Assembly: GCA_002633005.1 (NCBI GenBank)
Contig: NMRA01000393.1
Coordinates: 296,034 to 360,033 of the forward strand
Origin: Phoronis australis
Taxonomy: Eukaryota; Animalia; Phoronida
Direction: 5' to 3'
Length of the DNA: 64,000 nucleotides
The notes under the pieces are model-generated. The model was not told where the DNA came from and did no database searches. It saw nothing but the letters and a program-made list of their open reading frames with translations. A program made the position numbers and the translations under genes. This document shows positions 1 to 12,400 of this stretch, piece after piece. The number at the start of each line of letters is the position of its first letter. The first letter of the stretch is position 1.

Positions 1-139
1 TTTTAAAAAATATAGTATTTAACTAAAAAATATACTTTATTTATAAGAAAAAATATTTTAATACCGTAAAAATATAAAATTATTATATTCATAATAAAAT
101 TATTTGTATATTTGTGTTTAATATTTTATATGTTTTAAG

Positions 140-1270
140 ACAGTCATGCGTATTTGAGTCGACAATGGACGGAAGTCGCTGCTTTACTCCGGGTGCTGGC
201 GTAAAACTTTCACCGCTGGAGGATTAACAAGGTTGATTTCTTGCTGCGCACGTTCATTTAGCTGTTTTATTACAATTGTGATAGCTATTGTACGAGAGGT
301 TTTTAGTTTCTCTGTATCTTCCAGGAGGACAACCTAGGTTCTTCCGTCTGACACTTTGTTCTCTCATGAACCAAGCTGCACCAAGCACAACAACAAAAGC
401 AGGTTCTCAAATCGGGAGAATTTCACTGTAGTTTGTAAACTAGTGTAGTCTTTGTGGGAGAATTTCACCGTGTCAGGAGATCTGGCTCAGGGACACATAA
501 ATCTCTCGATCTGAAGTATTTGATTTCACATATTTGAAAATTAAATTTTGCTAATCTAGTATTCTAGTAATAGCCGAGATTACCCGACCCGGGAATCGAA
601 CCAGCGACCCCCATAAAACCAGCAACCGTGCTAACCATTCAGCTAATAGGCAATTGCCCGTTAGCTAGTAGCTAACAGAGGCTCATATGATTCACCGGAA
701 GCACATCTACAACACTAAATTCCCAGAAAAGAGAAAAAATTGATTTGACATTCAATCATGTAGTAAAGTCTAAGGCATCTTGAATTCTGGTCATCCTCGG
801 TCCGAGCTGAATACATCTGGTTGGTGTGCAGTATGGTTATCTTAGCACGTGTATCAGCCACATGGCTGCTTAATATTCATGTTGTGCCCTCACTGGCCAT
901 TACTGGCACGATATGGGCTGGAAAGTCAATGTCGGCATTCTCCAAGACGAAGAACAGTCGTTTTCCGATGCCAACAGAGGCGCGGCTGAAAGCCAGCACA
1001 GCAGTGAGACAAGTTAAATAACATCTCACTACACTCTCCGCCGTGTTATTTGATTAGAGCTGAAACGTAACAGAGAAGTCATTTTGATTTCTAAGGCGAG
1101 CCAATTCCTACACCAGCAGTCATTGCACAACAGAAAGTTTAGAAATAACCGTGACCATCTGTGCGCTGCCACAATGCAGTGCGACGTATAATTGTTAAGG
1201 GTCAGCATATACTACTGTACATATATTGATAACGTCTCACTACATCAATAACAATGCCGAGGTGAAGTTC
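140..1270. promoter_or_regulatory. Probable promoter / non-coding first exon region of EMSY
   Basis: More CpG than surrounding DNA; ETS-like CGGAAG motifs near 170 and 697; the acceptor at 3255 upstream of the ATG implies a 5' UTR exon. TSS not determinable. Confidence 0.35.
585..652 (-). mobile_element. tRNA-like head, probably a SINE fragment
   Basis: Minus strand shows A-box TAGCTGAATGG and B-box GGTTCGATTCCC, but no proper anticodon or acceptor stem. Confidence 0.55.
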
Positions 1271-2256
1271 TCCATGTGTTTTTTTGTTACTTGCTTTGTA
1301 TGTTCAGTGTTTTGTATCATCTACTGTTGTTATTGATTTACAACAGTATTGTCAGGTTATTTTCTTTCACTAGAGTTGAAAGGTCATGATCACTTGTCAA
1401 ATCAAATCAACCTGGTCAATTTTTAATTAGTGCTGTCAATCCTAGTAATTTTTCAAACTCTATTCAATGGTGTCAATCTTGAATATTCCCTGATTGAATA
1501 CTTTTTTCCACTAAGAACGTGAAATTCATTCTCGAATTGGGACTACTAGTATTTCTCCAGATTAAGAAAAATTTCACCCGATGAGGAGAATTCACCCTGA
1601 TCAGAAGAAATTCTCATAATTTGAGTACCTCCTTGGCTTCTGCTGTCGATTTTCAACTCGCCTTTGTTCAGTTCTTGTCTCTTAAAGTGCCAGAGGTAAT
1701 GCTACGCTGGACAACAGACAACTTTGTTGTATTGTTGCAATGTATTAACAGCTAAATTGGTTTCAATAATTGTTTTTGAGTCACTTTCAGGACTAGAACT
1801 ACAGGTGTGTATGTGTGCTTATAGTCGTGCAGATATTCCCACGCTTACTACTACACTTACAAATATTGCTGAACTCAGAGAATTTTCTGTTGCACTAAAG
1901 AAACATTTGCACAGTTTGACCATTCTTCAATTCTGGTATCCCAACTTTCTATGAATTGTTGTACGCCACCTTGTGAATGAACGGATGATTAGAGAATGTG
2001 CAAAAGCAGAAATCGTGCATAACTATTTGATGCACATGATCACTCCACAAATCTAAGTAAGTACAGAATATTGCATGAAAGGCTTTTTGTTTTCCCTCTG
2101 TAACCAAGTTTGTTTACCAGGGCTTAACTTGGCGACTAGCATTTTGTTTGGCAACCTGATTTAAATTCCAAGTTGCCACACTCATACATCTGAGGATGTA
2201 ATCAAAGTACTGCAGGAAGTAAACAGTGTAAAGTTTGCCAACACCGGAAGGGCCTG

Positions 2257-2931
2257 GTCATGAATCACACACAGATAATGTGTCCTGAATGCCTGCATCT
2301 CGTCATGAATCACACACAGATAATGTGTCCTGAATGCCTGCATCTCGTCATGAATCACACACAGATAATGTGTCCTGAATGCCTGCATCTCGTCATGAAT
2401 CACACACAGATAATGTGTCCTGAATGCCTGCATCTCGTCATGAATCACACACAGATAATGTGTCCTGAATGCCTGCATCTCGTCATGAATCACACACAGA
2501 TAATGTGTCCTGAATGCCTGCATCTCGTCATGAATCACACACAGATAATGTGTCCTGAATGCCTGCATCTCGTCATGAATCACACACAGATAATGTGTCC
2601 TGAATGCCTGCATCTCGTCATGAATCACACACAGATAATGTGTCCTGAATGCCTGCATCTCGTCATGAATCACACACAGATAATGTGTCCTGAATGCCTG
2701 CATCTCGTCATGAATCACACACAGATAATGTGTCCTGAATGCCTGCATCTCGTCATGAATCACACACAGATAATGTGTCCTGAATGCCTGCATCTCGTCA
2801 TGAATCACACACAGATAATGTGTCCTGAATGCCTGCATCTCGTCATGAATCACACACAGATAATGTGTCCTGAATGCCTGCATCTCGTCATGAATCACAC
2901 ACAGATAATGTGTCCTGAATGCCTGCATCTC
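2257..2931. repeat. Perfect 45-bp minisatellite x15
   Basis: Unit GTCATGAATCACACACAGATAATGTGTCCTGAATGCCTGCATCTC; explains ORFs 2182-2928 and 2260-3024. Confidence 0.97.
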
Positions 2932-3272
2932 CCACAGTTAAGAGATGAGGCTGCATGGCACGAAATATTGTGCACTTTGAAGAAAGTGGTTATTACCGAA
3001 CTCGCGATATACATGGACTACTAAATTTCCATTCAGTTGAAAAAGGGATAATTGCCAAGTTGGTCATTTCTTCAATTCGAACATATTCAACTGATTATGC
3101 ATCATTTGTATGGACCAAGAGTTTCTCACCCCTGTATAAACAGTTGCTTTGTTTAGATGACGTCATTTCCCATTTTTTGGCACGTTGGCGTTATGCTAAT
3201 TGTCAAACCCTGTTTGTCCTAGACAGGTGTAAACTAACTTGCCTTTACTTCTCAGGTATCACAGTTGGTGCA

Positions 3273-3433
3273 ATGTGGCCCCATCTGTTGGATATGAGCC
3301 GTGATGAAGCCAAGCGAACGTTGCGCAGACTTGAGTTGGAAGCCTACTCCAGTCTGGTGTCTGCACTGAGGGCACAGGGCGATCTGACCAAGGAAAAGAA
3401 AAAGATATTGACCGACTTGCAACATATTTTAAG
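3273..3433 (+). CDS. EMSY: EMSY coding exon 1 (start codon; ENT domain, first part)
   Basis: Acceptor ctcag ends 3255, ATG at 3273, MWPHLLD...DLQHIL, donor AG|gtgac. Confidence 0.95.
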
Positions 3434-6400
3434 GTGACAACTGGTAACAGCATATGACTAGATAAGATCCTTTGATAAGGGACGACAAATGAAATTTGCA
3501 TAATTGTAGTTGGGATTAATATTCTGTAGTAACAGAAATAGGGACTAGCCACATGGGTGGGTCGGTGGGTGGGTGGGTGTGTATGTACACACACATACAC
3601 ATATATTTATATATACATATTTATTCATTTATTTATCTTCAAATAAAGAAAGAAATTCACATGTCTGTTTTTTTATTGACAGCATTTCAACAGAGAGGCA
3701 CAGAGCTGAAGTCAGACGTGCTGTAAACGATGAAGTCTTAACCACTGTGGCTGACAAGTAGGTTACCATTGTCATTTTTTTATAATTTTCTATTTTTGAA
3801 ACTGAGATGACTTTACATAATTTTATCAGGAAGTTTATTATTAAGTTTCAAGCAGGTATATAGCATTCGTTTCTGCATAAAATGCATTTAACATTTTCTC
3901 AAAGTGCACACGGGTTCTTTCATAGCGTAACTAAGAGCCCTCCACTAGCTGTTTTAATGGGGTTCTCTTTAATTTCAACTGTTGACTTTGCAGCCACAAT
4001 TCTATACTTTTTATTGACAGTTTTTACTTATACTTAAATATGGTTTAAAGATGCATTTGCATGCTCCTAATTATGCTAATGTACAGCAGGAACTAAACAA
4101 CAATGCTATTTGAACATCATCTATGCTAAACAAAATGCAGCTGTATTCAAGGACAACTTGCAAATGTGAAAACAAAAAAAATTCTGCAAAAATGTGACCT
4201 TTGCACTCATGACATACCTTGGGGGCTCACATAGCTCCCATCATGCAGTGTTAGTGCCCAACACCATGTCTCAATACTTACTGGACACAGTTGAGTGATT
4301 TACGGCAGATATTTATGTAGATGTCCCCACCTGACGGTGGTCAAAAAGCGAAACACTCTTGATATTAATATATGGGTTCTGCTTGGTGGTTTTTGGCCAG
4401 GGCCCCTCAAATGAAATTCTGCTTATATCATTTTCATAAGAATTAGTCATTTAAAATAATATAAAGCTGGTTTTAGACAATCAATGTTTACAACAGTTTA
4501 ATCCCTATTTCTACATAACATGTTTCTTTATACCTTCAGTAATCATATTAGCCATGAATGTCTTGTTATAGTCTCACAAAGAAATGTACCAACCCCATTC
4601 AAATTATCCATACCTTTTATTTAGCAAAGAAATGGACTCCAAAGTTGTCAAAAATCATCCTTAAGTTGTGTTTTGGATGTTTGCAGTTTACAGAATCTTG
4701 CCAGAATACACTGCCGATATTTACAGCAGAGGAATAAAACTGATTGCTTTGATGCAATAATATTTCATCACTTCTACAAAGAACAGGAAACCAACTCTGG
4801 ACATTTTAAGCAGGGTTTAACATTTTTAGTCAAAATAAAATCAGAAGTTGTGGTCATAACTTTTACTTATTTCAAGTCACCTAAGTTACAACAGATATAA
4901 ATTTGACTAAGACCACTGTAAAATGTGACCAGACAATCCTTTAAAGAAACAAACAGTAGAACATAGTAACTAATGTTAATGTGACCAGACAATCCTTAAA
5001 GAAACAGACAGTAGAACATAGTAACTATGTTAATGTGACCCCTTAGTGGAAGCAGTGTGGCCCAGTGGGATAAGTGTTCGCTTCCTTTACTCAGGGTCGT
5101 GAGTCCCACTGAGGCACCCTGCTAGATCCTTGAGTCAGGTTTCGTCCCTCAACTTGGTTTATCTATATTTCAGTAAAGAATATAATAGTTCCAGGTGATC
5201 AGTGCATTGGGCTCACCTGAACGGCCTGTGCATGTCTGGTACAACCAGTCCCACTTAATGTTAATCTTACCCACAATCCTCTGTCTCGCAGCATGACTGG
5301 ATCAAGTATGTCATCTGAATGGTTGGTGGAGGGGCGACGACTCATCCCTTTAATGCCAAGACTTGTGCCACAGACTGCATTCACCATCGCTGCTAACACT
5401 GCAGCCACTTCACAAGGAGATAAGAATGCTAGCATGCCCAACCCTGCATTCACTGGTGTAAAGGATAGTGAGTAGTCTTCTCTCTCCAGTCATAGACCTC
5501 TGTGTTGCACAAGTCTGTCATTAGCTGATCACTAATAAAGTGACATTTTGTCAGTATTCAGTTTGTCACTAGCAGTAGCTGTTTGAGAGAAGACATTTTT
5601 CTTTAAAGCATAAATTGAAGCAGATCAATTGGCAGTGGCTCCATCTAGTGTTTTAGCAAAGAGTCAACCCGACAGTCACATTGCTTTTGTATGCCATCAT
5701 GTTGAGTTTAGCTCTTAACACTAACTTATTGTCAGTTCTAGTGAAGCCCAAAAATGAATTTGGTAATGGAGAAGTGTAGTTCCAAAGAAGGCATTACGAT
5801 GGAGAATCAGTGTTTAGTGCCTGCAAACAGTAGTTTCACTGCAAGTTGTGTTAAGTTTATTGTATTTTTGTCCAGTTGTGAGCACAAGTTGTCCGACCAG
5901 CACCAGTACCACGGCCCCAGTGACCAAGTTCACCCGACCCAGTAGTCCCACGTCTAACGTGGTCGTACTCCCCAGTGGCATGTCCATCCACATTAAAGGT
6001 GAGATATTAGTTTTGTAGCTGAGGGTCTCGCACCTCACCCTGATCTGACTGGTGTACCCATGAGACATGACAAAGAGTCTGTATGATGCTGTGAACAGTA
6101 ACAAAATGCACTGTGTGGATTTGTCATGAAGATGTATGTGAATAGATGTGTAGCATATGTTTGCCCATGTCCTGCATTTCTTCATTTGTTCAATGAAGTT
6201 TATGCAGTAGTGTTGTGGTACATGTTGTCATCAGCCAAGATTCTTCATTTATAATTTGTTACATTCAATAGACCAAAACCTAAGCTATGTTGAAAGAACA
6301 TGTCAGTTGATCATGTGTGTGGCTAATGTGATAAACACTACTGACTCAGTCATTATTTATTGTGTGATTAAAATCACCAATGTTATGTCAAGAACACCAA

Positions 6401-9400
6401 AAGCAGCTCCTCCTGTTGATCAGCTGTCAAATTAGAACACTGGCAAACGCTATGTGACGACATGTTAATTAGCTAATCTCAGGTTATGAACATTTATTGG
6501 TCAATACTTATTACTTCAAATCAGGCCGTCCAATCACAGCACTAGTCATCCTTCATTGTGTTGAGTGTGAAAAGTCGTTTATAGATAAGTTGCTCGTTTT
6601 CTCGTGGTTAATGGTTTAATAAGGAAGGACGAGGCATTACGTTTGTGGTGGTTGTTACAACTTAGTATTTGAGCACTCTCCTGTGGAATATCGGAGAAGT
6701 ATGAACGTGACACAAGTTGGTACAAGAAACTGGTACGTTGGTGGACATGACACAGTGACGCTGGCGTGTTGGTGGACATGACACACTGACACTGGGTGCC
6801 TTTGTACATCACAGCCATGTCCGTGAAGCTAAGATACTATCAGTTGAAGTTGGTTTTCTTTTGTTTTTTCGTTTTTGGGATATGGAATTCACGATTATGA
6901 TATTCAGTGGTATAAAAGAAGATTTAGTGATGTTGACAATGTAGTTGCTTGTCAAACAAGGTAAATGGTGGTTGAAAGCACATAAAGTTAATGCTGAACT
7001 ACAATGTATTTCAAAATCAAACTCTTGTTGTACAATACTAAGTAACAGTCATGGTCATGTTGGGAACTCACTTAAATGTGTAAAATTATTATGATTGGGA
7101 CAAGATTGGTAAAAAAACATTAATGAAGCTATTTTGCGCACAGTCTGTTGTTGTGCACAAGTTTACTAACATCTTAGTGAATGTGCTGCCTTTGTTGACT
7201 AGGTGGNCATCCACATTAAAGGTGAGATATTAGTTTTGTAGCTGAGGGTCTCGCACCTCACCCTGATCTGACTGGTGTACCCATGAGACATGACAAAGAG
7301 TCTGTATGATGCTGTGAACAGTAACAAAATGCTCTGTGTGGATTTGTCATGAGGATGTATGTGAATAGACGTGTAGCATGTGTTTGCCCATGTCCTGCAT
7401 TTCTTCATTTGTTCAATGAAGTTTATGCAGTAGTGTTGTGGTACATGTTGTCATCAGCTAAGATTTTTCATTTATAATTTGTTACATTCAATAGACCAAA
7501 ACCTAAGCTATCTTGAAAGAACATGTCAGTTGATCATGTTTGTGACTAATGTGATAAACACTACTGACTCAGTCATTATTTATTGTGTGATTAAAATCAC
7601 CAATGTTATGTCAAGAACACCAAAAGCAGCTCCTCCTGTTGATCAGCTGTCTAATTAAAACACTGGCAAACGCTATGTGACGACATGTTAATTAGCTAAT
7701 CTCAGGTTATGAACATTTATTGGTCAATACTTATTACTTCAAATCAGGCCGTCCAATCACAGCACTAGTCATTCTTCATTGTGTTGAGTGTGAAAAGTCG
7801 TTTATAGATGAGTTGCTCGTTTTCCCGTGGTTAATGGTTTAATAAGGAAGGACGAGGCATTACGTTTGTGGTGCTTGTTACAACTTAGTATTTGAGCACT
7901 CTCCTGTGGAATATCGGAGAAGTATGAACGTGACACAAGTTGGTACAAGAAACTGGTACGTTGGTGGACATGACACACTGACGCTGGGTGCCTTTGTACA
8001 TCACAGCCATGTCCGTGAAGCTAAGATACTATCAGTTGAAGTTGGTTTTCTTTTGTTTTTTCGTTTTTGGGATATGGAATTCACGATTATGATATTCAGT
8101 GGTATAAAAGAAGATTTAGTGATGCTGACAATGTAGTTGCTTGTCAAACAAGGTAAATGGTGGTTGAAAGCACATAAAGTTAATGCTGAACTACAATGTA
8201 TTTCAAAATCAAACTCTTGTTATACAATACTAAGTAACAGTCATGGTCATGTTGGGAACTCACTTAAATGTGTAAAATTATTATGATTGGGACAAGATTG
8301 GTAAAAAAACATTAATGAAGCTATTTTGCGCACAGTCTGTTGTTGTGCACAAGTTTACTAACATCTTAGTGAATGTGCTGCCTTTGTTGACTAGGTGGAC
8401 TGAACACAAAGTTTGTTGTTGTGCACAAGTTTACTAACATCTCAGTGAATGTGCTGCCTTTGTTGACTAGGTGGGCTGAACACACAGTCTGTTGTTGTGC
8501 ACAAGTTTACTAACAGCTTAGTGAATGTGCTGCCTTTGTTGACTAGGTGGGCTGAACACTGAGGAAGATGAAGATTTACCAACAAGAACTAACAAACGCA
8601 AGCGTAGCTCTTCAGTAGAAGGGCCAATCACTGTCACCAGGACATCTGTGGTTACTGCCTCTACCCAGTCAAAGGTCACGACCTCTTCTAACACGATACA
8701 AGGTCTGTCACCCATGAAGATAACTCTGACCAAAAGTCCTGCTCGCACACCCTCACAAAAGGTAGGTCCTTGTGTTATGCTTATTTGTTCTGTTTCAACA
8801 GTCAGTCGTGGTGTATATACACAAAACGTACCGAGAGTGGCGTACATGAAGTAATATCCCACGAGACATTATTCCACGAATAAGGTCGAGTGGTATATTA
8901 CTTCATGTACGCCAATTGAGGTATGTTTTGTATTTATCCCATGCGCTTCGAATTCCTATGTTTCTTACATTTTTTCGGCAGATTTTTAAATACTTCACCC
9001 AGACTGTTCACGTGGCGGCTCACTTACTATATGTATGTACTTGCACGTTAGGTTGCAAATTTTCTCTTGTAAAAGAAACAGTTTTAAAAGTAACGATTTA
9101 TTTCTTGAAAAGAGGTAACAAAGATGAAAACAATGGCATCTGTTCAGTGAACTTGTAACATCTCCTGGATATAGTTAAAAAACAATATTGGATATTGTAG
9201 TTCCCTAGGAATTTGCACCTGAGTTGCAGACAATATAGTATTCAGCAATTGAAAACTGAGCCACAAGTGTCATATAATTAACAGTTTTGTTCCAGATTTT
9301 ACGCCTAGGGCCTAGTTGCATGTCGAGTGTTAGTTACACTGCTGCAACTGTATTACTTTAAACTATATTCGGAAATTTTGATGATCGAACCGGCTGAAGA

Positions 9401-12400
9401 CGTCAAGTCGACATTGACCTACTTTTTGAACTTTACCTGTCAGAGGTCACTGTTGAAGTAGTTCAGGAGGTGAATTTGTAAAAAAACTTTATTATATGGC
9501 CATATTTCCCTCGACAGATTCAACGCGTACGGAATAAATATATATCTATAAGTCATGTTTTGAGCAAAGGATGAGGTCAGGACTTTCAAGCATTAGAGAT
9601 GTTGGTAAAGTAATTGGTGAAACAGGCTTAAGCTTGTCGTTCATTTGAAATCTGTCATCTTGTATTCACGAAGAAATGTTTGAACACTTGATACGATGGT
9701 ATTAAAGTTTTGCAGTTTTCAGTAACTTAACCGAGTCATAGATATGTGTGGTTGTGCTGTGATTTCTTGCTTCATCAGTGCTGTCTTCATTTACGTACAG
9801 ACTGTTTTTTTCTGCTAGGTAATTCTCGTCTCCAATTCTGGCTCCTCCAGTGGTCCTAGTATCCTTCAGAGGTCGCTGTCTGTCCCTGTGGTAAAGACAT
9901 CTGCATCATCATCCATGTCGTCCACTGTCTCAGGCAACAAGACCTCCATTATTGTGCCCAGCACTTCAGTCACCCCTTCCAACATGTCTATTGTATCATC
10001 GTCTGCCTCCTCCGTTGTCTCAGCTTCACCTGAGTTCACCGCAGCAAAACCACGTCTAAAAACGATCTCTGCCCGCCCTAAAACACCCCAGGTTGGTACT
10101 GCTGTGACTGTTTGAAAGATTATCTTTGCGGATGCTTAAATAAAAGTCTGAATTCCTTTGGTGTAACATCGATGTTGTTTGTAGTGAACATCTTAAGCAA
10201 TGTTGTGAAGAGGTTCAGTGAGGTTCCACATGTGGACATTTCTCAAGGCGGTGAACTCTTTTTGTTGTTTTCAACCTTTGATCATTCCCAAACTTATTTT
10301 TAACATTTCTTGTAACATTTGAATGTTGTGTTACCACACCTTTATATAGAAAACTATCATTTCTTTGTAAATAAGCATGTTGTTCACAGGAAGGCCATTG
10401 TTGTAATTCAATAACAGTCATTCTCATACATCTCTTCAGGGTGTTGGTATTGTTCAAGTAGCTGGCTCCACTCACAATGTTCAGACACACTCTGGTAAAC
10501 AGGCAATACAGATAAAACAGGAAGGAGGTGAGTGGGCAGGACCAGGAGCTGATTGGCAGATAGGTGCCTTTCACTCAAATGTATCCCTAGATCAATCTCA
10601 GCTGTGTAAAGACACCCCATGCTGGTAATGGAGGTCCAGTTGGATTGAACCCCTTAAGACAGTTCCATAGAGTTTCTGACTAACTTGAAAAACTGACAAG
10701 GATTGAACAACACAGATTTTGACATAAGTTACTTAGTCTAATAGCTTCATCTGCCAGTGTTGATTGAAACAATTACAATTGACACTTGTATTGCTGAATC
10801 CAAGTTAGCACAGTGCTGCTTATTGTTTGGTATTATTAATAATTTTATTAATATTCAAGTAATATGTCTTAGAGGAGGAAGTGTTGCCTAGTGGAATATC
10901 TGTGTTAGAGAAGACAGTGTTGCCTAGTGGAATACGTGTCCCCCTCCCATTCTGAAGGTCATGTGTTCGTGTCCCACTTGGGCACACTGCTAACCCCTTG
11001 AGTCAGGTCTCTAGCTCCTCAGCTCAGTTTTAACTTTATATTAATAAAACATAAAAATGGGTCCAGCTTGATAGTGCATTGGGCCCACCTGAGTGGCCTG
11101 CATGTCTGTTACAGTGTGTACCTGACAATTGTTTACTTAATGATTTGTCTTATTTAAAAATTTCATGGAGCATACAATTATAAATACATGCATTATTAAT
11201 GACATTGTGACTTTCAATAAGGCAGGATATGAAAAGGAATATTAACTCCTATTGTTCTACTAAGGTATGAAGATCATCACAAAAAGTGTCGCAGGTGCCA
11301 CAGGTAAAATTTTGCCCAAGCCATCTGGTGGTCCGTCTGTGGTGGTGGTTACTAGTGGAACTACTTCTGTTGTCAGCCGGGCTCTCAGCTCCATGCAGGG
11401 TAGGCCTCTTTTTGTGCCCATATTTTAGTGCCAGGCTTAAAGTACATTGAACTATTTCGGGTAACTAGAGTATAGTTTATGTTGGATGTGGTAGGTTTTG
11501 TCTCCTGACCTTTCTCATCGTTATTGTGCATGCCAGCTGTGGTATGAAAGCTACAACTGGAACATGGGAACTAATTTGGGGCTGCATTTCTTATTGAAAT
11601 ATATATTAAAGAAAACAACAATGGTTTTAAGTCGACTTGACATGTTTGCACCAACTGATGTGTAGAGCCCAATCTCAATAGGCAACTGACACACCACAGG
11701 TTGTCATTGTTGGTCTAGTTCATTGTCACTCCCTGTAACTGACTGTATCATTCTGTGCTTCATTACTTGTTGCTGGGCCTAGCTAGGTGGCCACTGCATT
11801 CTCTCTTCTGATGATGGTGTTTGAATAAATGACACCGAAACATGTCAAGTCGACTTAAAACCATTGTTGTTTTCTTTAATATATGCTGCTACTTGCTATC
11901 ATGGAGATTTATTGAAATATACCAAGAAAATGAATGTTTACATATCTGCTATATTGTGTCCCAAATTAGTAAGACTTTCCTGACTACATTGTTACCTGAA
12001 GCAGTATTCGTCAGATACTTTGGTGTTGTGTTTGTTGGCATAAGGTAATTTAAGGTTTGTCTGTGCACTCTAGATAGCGAAATTTTTCACCAACTGTTTA
12101 ACATGTCACTTCATGACGTTAGCTTGTGAGCTCTCAACTAATAGTCTTGTTCTCCGTGTACTTACAGGTGGTAAAGTGGTCAACATCTCCACATCTGGAG
12201 GTAAGGTAATTACTACCACTGCTCGCAACATGCCCAATGTGGTCACAGTCAACCCTAAGACCCTACAACTGACTGCGGTCAAGACCAGCTCTGGAGCCAT
12301 CACAGGTGTGTAGGACTAACCTATACAATTACACATCAAAGTAATCAGAAAAAAAAGATCTGTAATTCAGTCTCTTAGCCTAGTAGCTTATCTTCCTTGG

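Noticed and set aside
585-652. Possible tRNA gene on the minus strand
   Set aside because: A and B boxes present but no valid cloverleaf; treated as a SINE head
821-1021. 66-aa ORF or a divergent head-to-head gene
   Set aside because: Non-ATG start, no recognisable homology; the minus-strand frames I checked close quickly
1254-1263. Upstream ATG CCG AG|gt as an N-terminal coding exon (MP as in human EMSY)
   Set aside because: Phase 2 donor is out of frame with the acceptor at 3256
2182-3024. 248/254-aa repetitive ORFs (CxxC-like repeat protein)
   Set aside because: By-product of a perfect 45-bp tandem repeat; no synonymous variation; open on both strands
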